In this document: in pieces, positions 17,619-27,213 of the stretch
How positions within the stretch are numbered: position 1 is the stretch's first letter
Layout of the letters: each line of letters starts with the position of its first letter
NCBI GenBank assembly: GCA_027486675.1
Contig: JAIXOQ010000006.1
Span: forward strand, 9,125-73,124
Length of the DNA stretch: 64,000 nt
Direction: 5' to 3'
Source of the DNA: Pseudomonadota bacterium
GTDB lineage: Bacteria > Bdellovibrionota > UBA1018 > CAIMNF01
Notes under the pieces: model-generated
Told to the model about the DNA's origin: nothing
What the model saw: only the letters and a program-made list of their open reading frames with translations
Database searches by the model: none
Made by a program: the position numbers and the translations under genes

Positions 17619-18404
17619 GTGCATCCCATCTACACACAGATCCTGATCACACTGCTGGGCCTCATCGTGGGCAGCTTCTTAAATGTTGTGATTCATCGCT
17701 TGCCTCGCGACGAATCCGTCGTGAAACCTGCATCCCGTTGCCCGAACTGCGCGCGCTCGATCCGTTGGTACGAAAACATCCCGCTCCTCAGTTTCGCAGC
17801 CCTTCGCGCAAAGTGCCCCGGATGCAAAACCAAGATCTCTTACCGCTACCCCCTTGTAGAGGCACTCACTGGCGTCCTCTTCTTCGCTTGTTTTCGCGGC
17901 ACCATCGACATCGAGCTCTTCCGCAATCTCTTCTTCATCGCTTCGGGTGTTGCGATCACCTTCATCGATCTGGACCACCGCATCATCCCCGACGAACTGT
18001 CCTTAGGCGGCTGGGCGATTGGCCTGATCAGCGCCCCGTGGGCTGCAGATCACAGCTTTACCGAGCTTCTGATCGCTTCCGTCGTCGGATTTGGAGTGTT
18101 CTTAGGTTTCGCCATGCTTTATGAAAAACTCACGGGCCGGGTAGGCATCGGCGGTGGGGACATCAAATACATGGGTACGCTCGGCGCGTTCCTAGGCTTA
18201 AGCGGGCTTTGGGCTGCAATCTTGGTCGCGTCCGTTGTGGGGAGCGTGATTGGCATTCTTTACGCGACTCTGTCTAAGCCTGCCGAAGGCGCGCAAAATG
18301 AAGGAGTGATGAAAGCCTCTTTGCCCTTTGGTCCTTTTTTAGTCTTAGGTGGTTTTTCAGAAATCTTCTTTGAGGTGTCACAGTGGCTGATTTTGAAACC
18401 GTAG
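17619..18404 (+). CDS. pilD: prepilin peptidase / N-methyltransferase PilD (A24 family)
   Basis: N-terminal LIVGSFLNVVIHRLP plus the tetracysteine CPNC...CPGC; the catalytic Asp-containing IDLDHRIIPDEL; multiple TM helices. Confidence 0.85.
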   Translation: MHPIYTQILITLLGLIVGSFLNVVIHRLPRDESVVKPASRCPNCARSIRWYENIPLLSFAALRAKCPGCKTKISYRYPLVEALTGVLFFACFRGTIDIELFRNLFFIASGVAITFIDLDHRIIPDELSLGGWAIGLISAPWAADHSFTELLIASVVGFGVFLGFAMLYEKLTGRVGIGGGDIKYMGTLGAFLGLSGLWAAILVASVVGSVIGILYATLSKPAEGAQNEGVMKASLPFGPFLVLGGFSEIFFEVSQWLILKP

Positions 18405-18928
18405 ATACTTGGGAAGATATTGAGCTTTATGAGAAGACCCGGATCAGAGAGATCAGAAAGCGGATTTTCCTCTTTGGCTCCGTGCTTCTCTTTGTTTTTG
18501 GTGTGACGGCCTACCCGCTTGCAGAAAAAAGACTGCCCTATTGGCGAATCTTGTTCGCGCTCAGGTCCGTGAATGACACCTTGGAGGCAGGCAAGGTGAT
18601 GGCATTTCAAAAGAAACAAGCCTTTCGCCTGGATATCATGCAAAAAGACGCAGAGTGGTGGGTGAGTTTCGGTGTGACCGAGCAGTGTGAAAAGCCTGTT
18701 GAATCCCCGGTAGAAAGGAGTCTGCATCTTCCCATTGCAGAATTTAGTGCGCTTCAGCATGAAGGCGTGACGCAAATGCTTTGTTTTGATTCCCAAATCC
18801 CGGTCGAATCTGACCGCCCAGCGCAAGCCTTGGCCTTTGTTCCATTCTCTGATGTGGCTTCAAAAGCCTTGGATCGAGCTGGATTTCTGATTTTTCAGCC
18901 CGCCACTGGGCAGCTCGAACTCAAGTAG
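18383..18928 (+). CDS. hypothetical membrane-anchored protein between pilD and pilM
   Basis: overlaps the pilD stop by 22 nt; single TM helix (IFLFGSVLLFVFGVTAYPL); no recognisable motif. Confidence 0.4.
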   Translation: MADFETVDTWEDIELYEKTRIREIRKRIFLFGSVLLFVFGVTAYPLAEKRLPYWRILFALRSVNDTLEAGKVMAFQKKQAFRLDIMQKDAEWWVSFGVTEQCEKPVESPVERSLHLPIAEFSALQHEGVTQMLCFDSQIPVESDRPAQALAFVPFSDVASKALDRAGFLIFQPATGQLELK

Positions 18929-19012
18929 GGCGCCAACTCCGTGACGCAATCTGCACGACCGCCAAGGACTGCCGCATTGAGCTAGGTAGTTCTGTCCGAT
19001 AACCTAGGCAAG

Positions 19013-20074
19013 ATGGGGTTCTTTGATCGGTTAACTTCCGGCGTTAGCCTAGGTGGTTCGTCTTTAGTAGGTCTCAGTATCGGCGCGTCCAGCGTGAAGA
19101 TCATTGAGCTTAAAAGACGCAAAAACACCTATGAAGTCATTCGTTACGGTGCAATTCCTTTACCGGAAGCAACCGTGGTCAACCGCGACCTTGTGAATCC
19201 AATGCAAATTTCTGAAAGCATTCAGATGCTTTGGAATCAGGTAAAGCCCGGCTCTAAAGATGTGTGCATTGGTCTTTGTGGAAACAGTTTGATTGTAAAA
19301 CCCATTACGCTCGCAGTCGCGAATCCAAAAGAGCTTCAGGACCAAGTGTTCTGGGAAGCTGAGCAACACATTCCTTTTGATGTCTCCGAAGTCACAGTGG
19401 ATTACCAAGTCATCGGAAAAGATCGTGGAGATAACGTCACGGTGCTGCTCGTTGCAGCAAAGCGCGCTTTGGTAGAGCAGTATATGGAAACCACGCGGTC
19501 TTCTAAGTTAAGACCCCGAATTGTAGATGCGGAAGTATTCGCGATTCAAAATGTCTATGAGGCGAATTACGGAGTGAGGCCTGAGGCAACAGTGCTTGTT
19601 GATGTCGGCGCGCACAGCACAAAAATTGTGATCGTCGCTAATGGTCTCCCACTTTTTACGAAAGACGCCCCTTTTGGTGGTGCATCCGTAACCCAAGAAA
19701 TTCAGCGCACCTTAAATTTAACCTACAACGATGCAGAAGCACTCAAAGTGGCCGATGCCAGGCCACAAGAAGTGGTAGAAATCATTCAGCGTAGCCTTCA
19801 AAACTTAGGTTCAGATGTGCGTAAGGCCATTGATTACTATTCAGCTTCCTCGATCGGGCCCCCAATCGGATCAGTGCTTCTCAGTGGTGGAGCCATCAAG
19901 GGTTTGGGCACCTCAGGAATCGTCGAAGAGATTTGCGCTGTGCCTACTCAAATTCTAAATCCGTTTCAGAACGTCATCGCTGGCCCGGATCTTCAGCCGG
20001 ACTTTTTACAGATGAATGCATCTTTTATGGTGGTCCCTATGGGGCTCGCCATCCGCGCGGGTGAATCTGCATGA
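19013..20074 (+). CDS. pilM: type IV pilus assembly protein PilM (actin-like ATPase fold)
   Basis: 353 aa; GLSIGASSVKIIEL N-terminal region typical of PilM; first gene of the pilMNOPQ array. Confidence 0.85.
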   Translation: MGFFDRLTSGVSLGGSSLVGLSIGASSVKIIELKRRKNTYEVIRYGAIPLPEATVVNRDLVNPMQISESIQMLWNQVKPGSKDVCIGLCGNSLIVKPITLAVANPKELQDQVFWEAEQHIPFDVSEVTVDYQVIGKDRGDNVTVLLVAAKRALVEQYMETTRSSKLRPRIVDAEVFAIQNVYEANYGVRPEATVLVDVGAHSTKIVIVANGLPLFTKDAPFGGASVTQEIQRTLNLTYNDAEALKVADARPQEVVEIIQRSLQNLGSDVRKAIDYYSASSIGPPIGSVLLSGGAIKGLGTSGIVEEICAVPTQILNPFQNVIAGPDLQPDFLQMNASFMVVPMGLAIRAGESA

Positions 20075-20667
20075 TCAAGATCAACCTGGCTAAAATGCGA
20101 AGGCTGGATGCAGCTGATGCGGGCGGAAAGCCCGCGCGCATCGGAAGTGCAATGGCGGGCGACGATGTACGAGCACTCCTGCTGAATGTTCTTGCTCCGC
20201 TTGCGGTCGGGATTGGGATCTTCTTTGCTGATCTTTGGTATGAGGAAATGCGGAAAGAAGAGTTTGCGGCGGAAATTGCAGCAATAACTCAAGAAAAGAC
20301 CAAGAAAGAGCTCGAGCTCAAAAAGCTTGAAGGGTACGAAGCGCAGAAGCTTGAGATCGAGCGGACTGAGCTGGTTCTTAAAACCAAGATCGATGCGATT
20401 GAAACTTTGATGAAGCGCAGGGACTACCCCTCCCGGTCGCTGGTTTCACTCTCCCGGATCATGGTGGAAGATATTTGGCTCAATAAAATCAGTCTTCAGG
20501 GCGAGACGATGTCCTTGAGTGGAGTGATGCTTGACGTAGGGTTGATTAGTCCAATGATGAGCCGTCTTGAAGAATCCAATTATTTTAAAGAAGTTCTTCT
20601 TAAAAATTCGAAACTGGATGCGGACAGCATCAAAAACACTTTTGAGCTTGAGGCAAAGCGCGAATGA
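20071..20667 (+). CDS. pilN: type IV pilus assembly protein PilN
   Basis: MIKINLAK N-terminus; single TM helix followed by a coiled coil; overlaps the pilM stop by 4 nt. Confidence 0.75.
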   Translation: MIKINLAKMRRLDAADAGGKPARIGSAMAGDDVRALLLNVLAPLAVGIGIFFADLWYEEMRKEEFAAEIAAITQEKTKKELELKKLEGYEAQKLEIERTELVLKTKIDAIETLMKRRDYPSRSLVSLSRIMVEDIWLNKISLQGETMSLSGVMLDVGLISPMMSRLEESNYFKEVLLKNSKLDADSIKNTFELEAKRE

Positions 20668-21269
20668 TCCAGGCCATCACTAAAATCCCATTCTGGTTGT
20701 TCGTAGCCATGTTCGCAACCTGGATGGGCTATGGTCTATACCAGTTTGAATTCGCTGCAGACGGTGCTCATGCTCAACACACGACCCAGATCGCCGCTAT
20801 TCAAACTGAAATCAACACCATTAAAGAAAAGATCGTTCAAGCAGAGGAGTTCTTTAAGAAGCTTGAAGCGAAGAAACAAGATCTCAAGCTTTTGATGTCG
20901 CGTCTGACTGAATTGCAGGTGACACTCTCCGAAACTCTGGAAGTTCCGGCACTGGTGAACCTGCTTGTGAATGAGTCAAACGCCGTAGGAATTCGAATTG
21001 AAAAGATCGAGCCGGGAGAGGTCAGCAAAAAAGACTTCACAATCGAGCGTGAATTTAAACTCACTGTACGCGGGACCTATTCACAGATCGTCTATTTCCT
21101 AGAAAAGCTGGCTACAGTGAAAAGGATCATCCGTGTAGAGGGTTTTGACTTAAAGCCTCGCAATCCCTCTACTTCGAAGTACATCATCACGGAAGCGAAC
21201 CTTTCTGTGCGTGCCTACCAGTACGCGTTAGATAAAGCGGATGATATTTTAAAAGGAGCAAAGCCATGA
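20664..21269 (+). CDS. pilO: type IV pilus assembly protein PilO
   Basis: position in the array; N-terminal TM helix plus coiled coil; 201 aa. Confidence 0.7.
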   Translation: MIQAITKIPFWLFVAMFATWMGYGLYQFEFAADGAHAQHTTQIAAIQTEINTIKEKIVQAEEFFKKLEAKKQDLKLLMSRLTELQVTLSETLEVPALVNLLVNESNAVGIRIEKIEPGEVSKKDFTIEREFKLTVRGTYSQIVYFLEKLATVKRIIRVEGFDLKPRNPSTSKYIITEANLSVRAYQYALDKADDILKGAKP

Positions 21270-21715
21270 TGCCTCTCCTTTTTATCCTGGTTAAGGCTCA
21301 CGCTGCTGCACCGATCGATACGGTAGAAAGCCTCAGCAGCGCTTTGACTATAGAAGTCATTCAGGGACTAAGAGACCCATTTCGTATTTCGCCCAATGCA
21401 GAAAAGAAGGTGACCCCAAAGACAGAGCTTGAGTCCTTCAACTTAAGTGAAATGAAACTTACGGGAGTGATCACTGGGCCAAACCATATGATTGCGATCG
21501 TTGTGGCTCCGACTGGAAAAACCTTCTTTGTAAAACGGTATGAACGTTTAGGTCAGAATGGCGGACGGGTAACCGCAATCCGTCCTGATGCAATTGTCAT
21601 CGAAGAGCAGGGCATGAACGCAATAGGGAAACCGGAGATCGAAAGATTCGAACTTCAGGTCGATGGGCGCTTAACGCCGCAATCGGAATTGACCACGGAT
21701 GGGAGACGAGGATGA
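21266..21715 (+). CDS. pilP: type IV pilus assembly lipoprotein PilP
   Basis: position; C-terminal beta-domain pattern (LGQNGGRVTAIRPDAIVIEE); 149 aa. Confidence 0.6.
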   Translation: MMPLLFILVKAHAAAPIDTVESLSSALTIEVIQGLRDPFRISPNAEKKVTPKTELESFNLSEMKLTGVITGPNHMIAIVVAPTGKTFFVKRYERLGQNGGRVTAIRPDAIVIEEQGMNAIGKPEIERFELQVDGRLTPQSELTTDGRRG

Positions 21716-23193
21716 GTTCGCAAGCACGGAAATTTCTATTGCCAAGATTATTGGGTGCAACCCTTGCATTGGTTCTGCTGACAATCGCGCAGAAAGTGCG
21801 TGCCGAAGAGCCTGTTGCGCAGTTTGCAAAGGCCCTTGAGGAAAAGAAATTCACAGGTAAGCCCATCACGCTGAATGTCAAGGACGCAGACGTGACTGAT
21901 GTCCTGCGCGTCATTGGAGATGCAAGCGGGTTTAACATCATCATTCACCCAGGTGTGACCGGGAAAATCACGATCACCCTCATTCAGGTTCCTTGGGATC
22001 AGGCATTAGATGTCGTTTTACAAACCTTACGTCTGAGCGCGGAGCGGAATCAGTCGGTCCTAAGAGTGGTGCCCTCCGACCTCATGATCGCGGAAAAGAA
22101 GGCAGAGCTAGACACCAAGCTCGCAGCGCAAGCGTCTGAGCCTCGAGTCACTCGCATCTTTCCGATCTCCTTCGCAGACCCGTCTGAATTGGTAAAAATT
22201 TTAGATACTTACGGTGTAGCAGAAACCGGGAACAATCCTAACGTCATCAAGCCGGTGATCACAGTGGATAAAACGACAAGTTCAATCGTGATTCGCGATA
22301 TCGCGCAGAACGTAGAGCGTATGAAACGTCTTATTGAACTTTTAGATGTGCAGATCCCACAGGTTTTGGTGGAAGCGAAGATCGTCGAAGCTTCTGAGGA
22401 TTTTGGAAAAACCTTTGGCGGAAACGCCGGTCTATTTAATTCGCAAGATTCAACTATCGGTAATGGACGATTCTTGAGCTCATTTTCTGGCGCAAATCCC
22501 GTAGACCGCCTGATCGGGGATCCAGCTGCAGTGGGCGGAATCGCGGCAACGACGATTCCGACGCCCGGGGTCTTTCAAGGGGGTCCTGCCCTTTCAGCCG
22601 CATCTGCCAATGGTGGGACGATCGCGGCTTCTCCGGTGCTAGCGATCTTTGGATCAACTCGTGTAGCTGCTGCTCTTCAGATGGGTGAAAGCGAAAGTAA
22701 AGTGAATGTAATTTCTTCGCCCCGCACGGTCGTCTTAAGCGGGAAGTCAGCCACGGTGAACCAAGTCACCGCTCGGACCATTCCTAATACAGTCGTAACG
22801 GTAGGGGTAGCCCAAACAACATTCACGTCCGTAACAGCCAACTTGAAACTCAATGTCACGCCCCGTGTCACAAACGAAGGTAGCGTCATGATGCAGCTCA
22901 GTATTCAAAAGGACGTTTTAGAAGGCGGGAACGGTAGCAGTCTTCCGCCATCGGTAGCACCACGGACCATGAATACCGAAGTCTTGGTCGATAGCGGTTA
23001 TACCTTAGTGATCGGCGGCATTCTGTCTTCTGACAGCTTAGATGCAGAAGGGGGATTTCCTTTCTTAAGAAAGATCCCTATTTTAGGAACCTTTTTTGGC
23101 AATACCTCTCAATCTAAATCCCGCAAAGAACTCATGTTCTTTGTCACGCCTCGTATCCTAAACTCTAAACGTGCAGGTGTGGGGACGGGCTGA
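21712..23193 (+). CDS. pilQ: type IV pilus secretin PilQ
   Basis: signal peptide; C-terminal secretin domain ...VLVDSGYTLVIGGILSSDS...PFLRKIPILGTFFG...ELMFFVTPRIL. Confidence 0.85.
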   Translation: MSSQARKFLLPRLLGATLALVLLTIAQKVRAEEPVAQFAKALEEKKFTGKPITLNVKDADVTDVLRVIGDASGFNIIIHPGVTGKITITLIQVPWDQALDVVLQTLRLSAERNQSVLRVVPSDLMIAEKKAELDTKLAAQASEPRVTRIFPISFADPSELVKILDTYGVAETGNNPNVIKPVITVDKTTSSIVIRDIAQNVERMKRLIELLDVQIPQVLVEAKIVEASEDFGKTFGGNAGLFNSQDSTIGNGRFLSSFSGANPVDRLIGDPAAVGGIAATTIPTPGVFQGGPALSAASANGGTIAASPVLAIFGSTRVAAALQMGESESKVNVISSPRTVVLSGKSATVNQVTARTIPNTVVTVGVAQTTFTSVTANLKLNVTPRVTNEGSVMMQLSIQKDVLEGGNGSSLPPSVAPRTMNTEVLVDSGYTLVIGGILSSDSLDAEGGFPFLRKIPILGTFFGNTSQSKSRKELMFFVTPRILNSKRAGVGTG

Positions 23194-23789
23194 TGTTTAA
23201 GCGTCCGACAGTAGTCGGCAATCCACAGATTTATCATTTTCTGAAACGCTATCAGGACGACCCTGAGTCCCGCGTGTTTGCGCCCCTTGCTGAGGCCTAC
23301 CGTAAGGCTGGCCTCCCCCGTGAAGCCTTGGACATCGCCCGTGATGGTGTCCGTATGCATCCGCATTTTATGGGCGGGCGGGTAGCATTGGCCCGCGCGC
23401 TTTTTGACCTTGGAAAATATGAAGAAGTGATCCGTGAACTCGAATTTGTTGTCCGGGATGCCCCAGATAACATCATTGCTCAAAGGGTCCTTGCTGAGAG
23501 TTATCTGATCACTCACCGCAGTGTGGCGGCGCTCAATTGCTATAAAATGCTGCTGTATTTTGCGCCCCAGGATGAAGAAGTGGCCCGCATGGTCACTGAA
23601 CTTGAAACCAAGGCCTACGAAGACGGAGCCTTGGTGCTTGAGGATAAAGTGCATCTGGCACCGGCTCCAGGCGCAGGTCGCAGATCAACCGACGGGGTCA
23701 GTAAGACCGCCTGGATCTGGAAGGTCGAGCAGCTCCAGACCATGCTGCTTAAATTATCGCAATTGAAGTCAGCTCGCCTCTCAAGTTGA
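23193..23789 (+). CDS. tetratricopeptide-repeat protein encoded directly after pilQ
   Basis: TPR-like helical repeats (AEAYRKAGLPREALDIARDGV..., ALARALFDLGKYEEVI...); no signal peptide; start overlaps the pilQ stop. Confidence 0.5.
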   Translation: MFKRPTVVGNPQIYHFLKRYQDDPESRVFAPLAEAYRKAGLPREALDIARDGVRMHPHFMGGRVALARALFDLGKYEEVIRELEFVVRDAPDNIIAQRVLAESYLITHRSVAALNCYKMLLYFAPQDEEVARMVTELETKAYEDGALVLEDKVHLAPAPGAGRRSTDGVSKTAWIWKVEQLQTMLLKLSQLKSARLSS

Positions 23790-23823
23790 CGGACTGATGC
23801 TTCGGGCCTGAAGCTAATCCGAT

Positions 23824-24396
23824 ATGTCCTCGGTATACGCGACTAATCAATTTAAGAAGAACGTTAAACTTGAGATCGACGGGATTCCCTACCAGATCGT
23901 GGACTTCCAGCATGTCAGTCCAGGCAAGGGCAGTGCGTTTACACGCACAAAGTTAAAAAACCTCCTGAACCAGAACGTCATCGAGATGACTTTTAAGTCA
24001 GGTGAAAAAATTGCTGCCGCAAATACCGAGATGAAGCAGATGCAGTATCTATACAAAGATAACGACGGGTACACCTTTATGGACACAACCAGCTACGAGC
24101 AAGTGGCGCTCAGTGAGGCCCAGCTGGGCGACAATGTGGGCTTCCTCCAAGAGAACCTTCAGATTCAGGTTCTCTATTATAACGACCGCCCGATCACGGT
24201 CGAACTGCCTACGTTCGTTGATTTAAAAATTGTTCAAACTGACCCCGTATTTCGCGGGGATACAGTCACGGGTGGAACTAAACCCGCGAAACTTGAAACT
24301 GGAGCAACGGTTAGCGTTCCTTTCCATATTTTGGAAGGCGATGTCATCAAAGTAGATACACGGGATTCTTCATATGTCGAAAAAGTCAGCCGCTAA
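23824..24396 (+). CDS. efp: translation elongation factor P
   Basis: the KPGKGSAF-type loop (SPGKGSAFTRTKLKN); 190 aa. Confidence 0.9.
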   Translation: MSSVYATNQFKKNVKLEIDGIPYQIVDFQHVSPGKGSAFTRTKLKNLLNQNVIEMTFKSGEKIAAANTEMKQMQYLYKDNDGYTFMDTTSYEQVALSEAQLGDNVGFLQENLQIQVLYYNDRPITVELPTFVDLKIVQTDPVFRGDTVTGGTKPAKLETGATVSVPFHILEGDVIKVDTRDSSYVEKVSR

Positions 24397-24910
24397 ATCT
24401 AAGTCTAGTCAAAAAGCCACAACCTCCACTCCGGCCAGGAAGTTGGGCATCGGCCCAAGTGAACTCTCGGATCTTGTCGATTTCTTAAAAGAAAAAGGCG
24501 TCGTCGAATTCGAGTGGAGCCGCGGGGATGAACGGGTGGTTCTTAAAACCGGCCACACCCACACAGCCCAGCACATGCATGCGCCCATGAACCTGATGCA
24601 TCAGCAACCAGGGGCTCTTCAGGCTCCTGCGACGGCAGAAGTGACTGCTCCTGCCGAAAATCCTGCACACAAAAAGGTCTTATCTCCTTTTGTGGGAACC
24701 TTTTATCGCTCACCTTCTCCAACCAGTCCTTCTTATGCGGATCCGGGAAAGCGCATCAAAGTAGGAGATACATTGTGCATTGTTGAAGCGATGAAACTGA
24801 TGAATGAGATTGAAGCTGAATTTGCTGGAACAGTTCTACAAGTGCTTGTCGAAAATGGGCAGGCTGTCGAATTCGGCGAGCCCCTCTTTATCCTCGATAC
24901 ATCCAATTAA
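24374..24910 (+). CDS. accB: acetyl-CoA carboxylase biotin carboxyl carrier protein
   Basis: biotinylation motif [14 protein letters not shown]; Pro/Ala-rich linker. Confidence 0.85.
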   Translation: MSKKSAAKSKSSQKATTSTPARKLGIGPSELSDLVDFLKEKGVVEFEWSRGDERVVLKTGHTHTAQHMHAPMNLMHQQPGALQAPATAEVTAPAENPAHKKVLSPFVGTFYRSPSPTSPSYADPGKRIKVGDTLCIVEAMKLMNEIEAEFAGTVLQVLVENGQAVEFGEPLFILDTSN

Positions 24911-24924
24911 GGCGGTCAAAAGCG

Positions 24925-26280
24925 GTGTTCAAAAAGATTCTAATCGCAAATCGAGGCGAGATTGCACTGCGGGTGATCAGAGCTTGTCGTGAGCTGGGTG
25001 TGAAGACCGTAGCAGTCTATTCAACAGCTGATGAATCTTCCTTGCATGTGAAGCTTGCAGATGAAGCAGTTTGTATTGGGCCTCCTTCTTCTAAACTCAG
25101 CTACCTGAACATGATGAGTGTGCTCTCCGCCGCACAAGTGACAGGTGCAGACGCAGTCCACCCCGGGTACGGGTTTCTTTCTGAGAACTACGAATTCGCA
25201 CGCTTAGTGCGCGAATGCGGGCTGACCTTCATCGGACCAACCCCTGAGAACATCGAAGCGATGGGTGAAAAAACGCGGGCGCGCGCTTGGGCACGGCAGG
25301 CGGGTGTGCCCATGTTACCGGGTACTTTAAGTGCCGTCGCAGATGTCGAGGAAGCAGTCGCAGCTTCGGAGAAAATTGGATTCCCGGTGATCCTTAAGGC
25401 AGCCGCAGGAGGTGGAGGTCGAGGGATCTTTATCATCCGGAGTGCCAAAGATCTTAAAGATTCTTTTCAGCGATGCAGCGAGGAAGCAAAAGCTGCATTC
25501 AATGATGGATCCCTGTACGTAGAAAAATTTTGTACCCAGCCAAGACACGTTGAAATTCAGGTCGCTTGCGACAACTTTGGGAATCGGATCCATCTGGGCG
25601 AACGGGATTGCACCGTGCAGCGCCGCCATCAAAAGTTGATCGAAGAATCACCTTCGCCTGTTTTAACCGCGAAAATCCGAGACCAAATGGGCAAGGCCGC
25701 GATTGCGCTTTGCAAACAGGTGGATTACCGCAATGTAGGGACTGTTGAATTCTTGGTCGACGAAGACTTGCAGTTTTACTTCATGGAGATGAATACACGC
25801 ATTCAGGTGGAGCATCCAGTGACTGAGGAGGTCACAGGTGTTGATCTCATGAAGGAACAGATTCGCATCGCTGCGGGACACAAGCTTTCAAGAACGCAGG
25901 AAGAGATCAAGCTTACGGGCCATAGCATCGAGGTTCGAATCAATGCTGAAGATCCAACGACGTTTGCCCCGTCCCCTGGGAAGATTCAGGCCCTTCACCT
26001 ACCGGGTGGGAACGGCGTACGTATTGACTCATTTATCTACAATCAGTACAAAATCGTTCCGTTCTACGACTCACTGATCTCAAAACTGATCGTTCATGCC
26101 GCGACGCGTGAAGAAGCTGTGCTGAAGATGCGCCAAGCTTTAGACGAATATCGAGTTGAAGGTGTGAAGACGACCATTCCCCTCTTCCGTCAGATTTTTG
26201 ATGACCCAGTTTTTCGGTCCGGTCACTACTCCACACGCTTTATTGAGGAGTTTTTAGCACGTACGCCTCCACAACAGTAA
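24925..26280 (+). CDS. accC: acetyl-CoA carboxylase biotin carboxylase subunit
   Basis: MFKKILIANRGEIALRVIRAC; ATP-grasp motifs; 451 aa. Confidence 0.9.
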   Translation: MFKKILIANRGEIALRVIRACRELGVKTVAVYSTADESSLHVKLADEAVCIGPPSSKLSYLNMMSVLSAAQVTGADAVHPGYGFLSENYEFARLVRECGLTFIGPTPENIEAMGEKTRARAWARQAGVPMLPGTLSAVADVEEAVAASEKIGFPVILKAAAGGGGRGIFIIRSAKDLKDSFQRCSEEAKAAFNDGSLYVEKFCTQPRHVEIQVACDNFGNRIHLGERDCTVQRRHQKLIEESPSPVLTAKIRDQMGKAAIALCKQVDYRNVGTVEFLVDEDLQFYFMEMNTRIQVEHPVTEEVTGVDLMKEQIRIAAGHKLSRTQEEIKLTGHSIEVRINAEDPTTFAPSPGKIQALHLPGGNGVRIDSFIYNQYKIVPFYDSLISKLIVHAATREEAVLKMRQALDEYRVEGVKTTIPLFRQIFDDPVFRSGHYSTRFIEEFLARTPPQQ

Positions 26281-26307
26281 ACTGTTAGGAGGAGCAACTG
26301 ACCCCAC

Positions 26308-27213
26308 GTGGAAGATCAAAATAAATCCGGAACATTCGTCGACCTCGGTGAGGACCTTCTTGGGAATTCGTCGGTCACAGTTCAGGTAGAACTTCCAAAG
26401 ATTGAAGCGCCGCCACCATCGCCTCCGCCTCCTGCGAATACAGTTACTGAGTTGAAGACTGAAGTTGAATTTTCTATTCAGCCGGAACCCGAGACCCCAG
26501 ACCGCATCGTCGAAGATGCTCGAATTCTGGTCGAAGAATTCCTTATTGATGAAGCAAAGAAGAAACTTTTTCAGGTCCTTCGCGTGGACCCCACACACTT
26601 AGGTGCAGTCGCTCTGCTGTCCGAAATTCGCATGCGTGAGTTAGATGAATTGCAGCATGAAGGAGCGGTCCCAGATCGGCGAAAGAATGCGCGTCCGCTC
26701 GAATCGAGTGTTGCAGTGATTCGGAAGCTCGAGAAAGATTTTGGTTTTTCTGCAGAACCACATCATTCTCCTCGTGAAGTCTTTCGAGTCTCTACAGACC
26801 AGACGATGCAAGGGCTAGATCGTTTTGACCTGATGATCGCGTTCTTTGAAATGGACTGCTTGGCTGATGCTTTAAGGGAGGCTAGAAGGATTGAGCGAGA
26901 CTTACTCATGGTTCAGGGTGACCTCGGTATTCACGGTCTAGTGATCAAAGAAATCGAAGGTCGCTCCCTCCTTTCGCTGAATCAACCTTTTGAGGCGCAG
27001 CTTGTGGTTTTAGAGGCTTTGCAAGCCACTGAATATGACTTGGAACAAAAGTTGAGTCTCATGGTGCTTGCCGCAGAGATTGAAGAGGCCCTTGAGAACT
27101 GGTCCGGCGCTTTAGGCTGGTACACTCGTATCCTTCAAAAAGACGTAAACTACCGGGACATAGCCCAGAGGTATAAAGTTCTACGGAAGAGTGATGCTTC
27201 GAAGAAGAATTAA
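26308..27213 (+). CDS. hypothetical protein (Pro-rich N-terminus, helical C-terminus), GTG start
   Basis: ORF track; AGGAGG 15 nt upstream; no motif. Confidence 0.4.
   Translation: MEDQNKSGTFVDLGEDLLGNSSVTVQVELPKIEAPPPSPPPPANTVTELKTEVEFSIQPEPETPDRIVEDARILVEEFLIDEAKKKLFQVLRVDPTHLGAVALLSEIRMRELDELQHEGAVPDRRKNARPLESSVAVIRKLEKDFGFSAEPHHSPREVFRVSTDQTMQGLDRFDLMIAFFEMDCLADALREARRIERDLLMVQGDLGIHGLVIKEIEGRSLLSLNQPFEAQLVVLEALQATEYDLEQKLSLMVLAAEIEEALENWSGALGWYTRILQKDVNYRDIAQRYKVLRKSDASKKN

Noticed and set aside
21597-21944. Antisense ORFs embedded in long, well-supported genes (for example 21597-21944 in pilP/pilQ, 32487-32945 in the Omp85 gene, 41318-42001 in the ALDH gene, 7585-7947 in pilC, 17679-17978 in pilD)
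   Set aside because: They lie entirely within genes that have strong motif support on the other strand. This is typical of shadow ORFs, and none has a recognisable motif.
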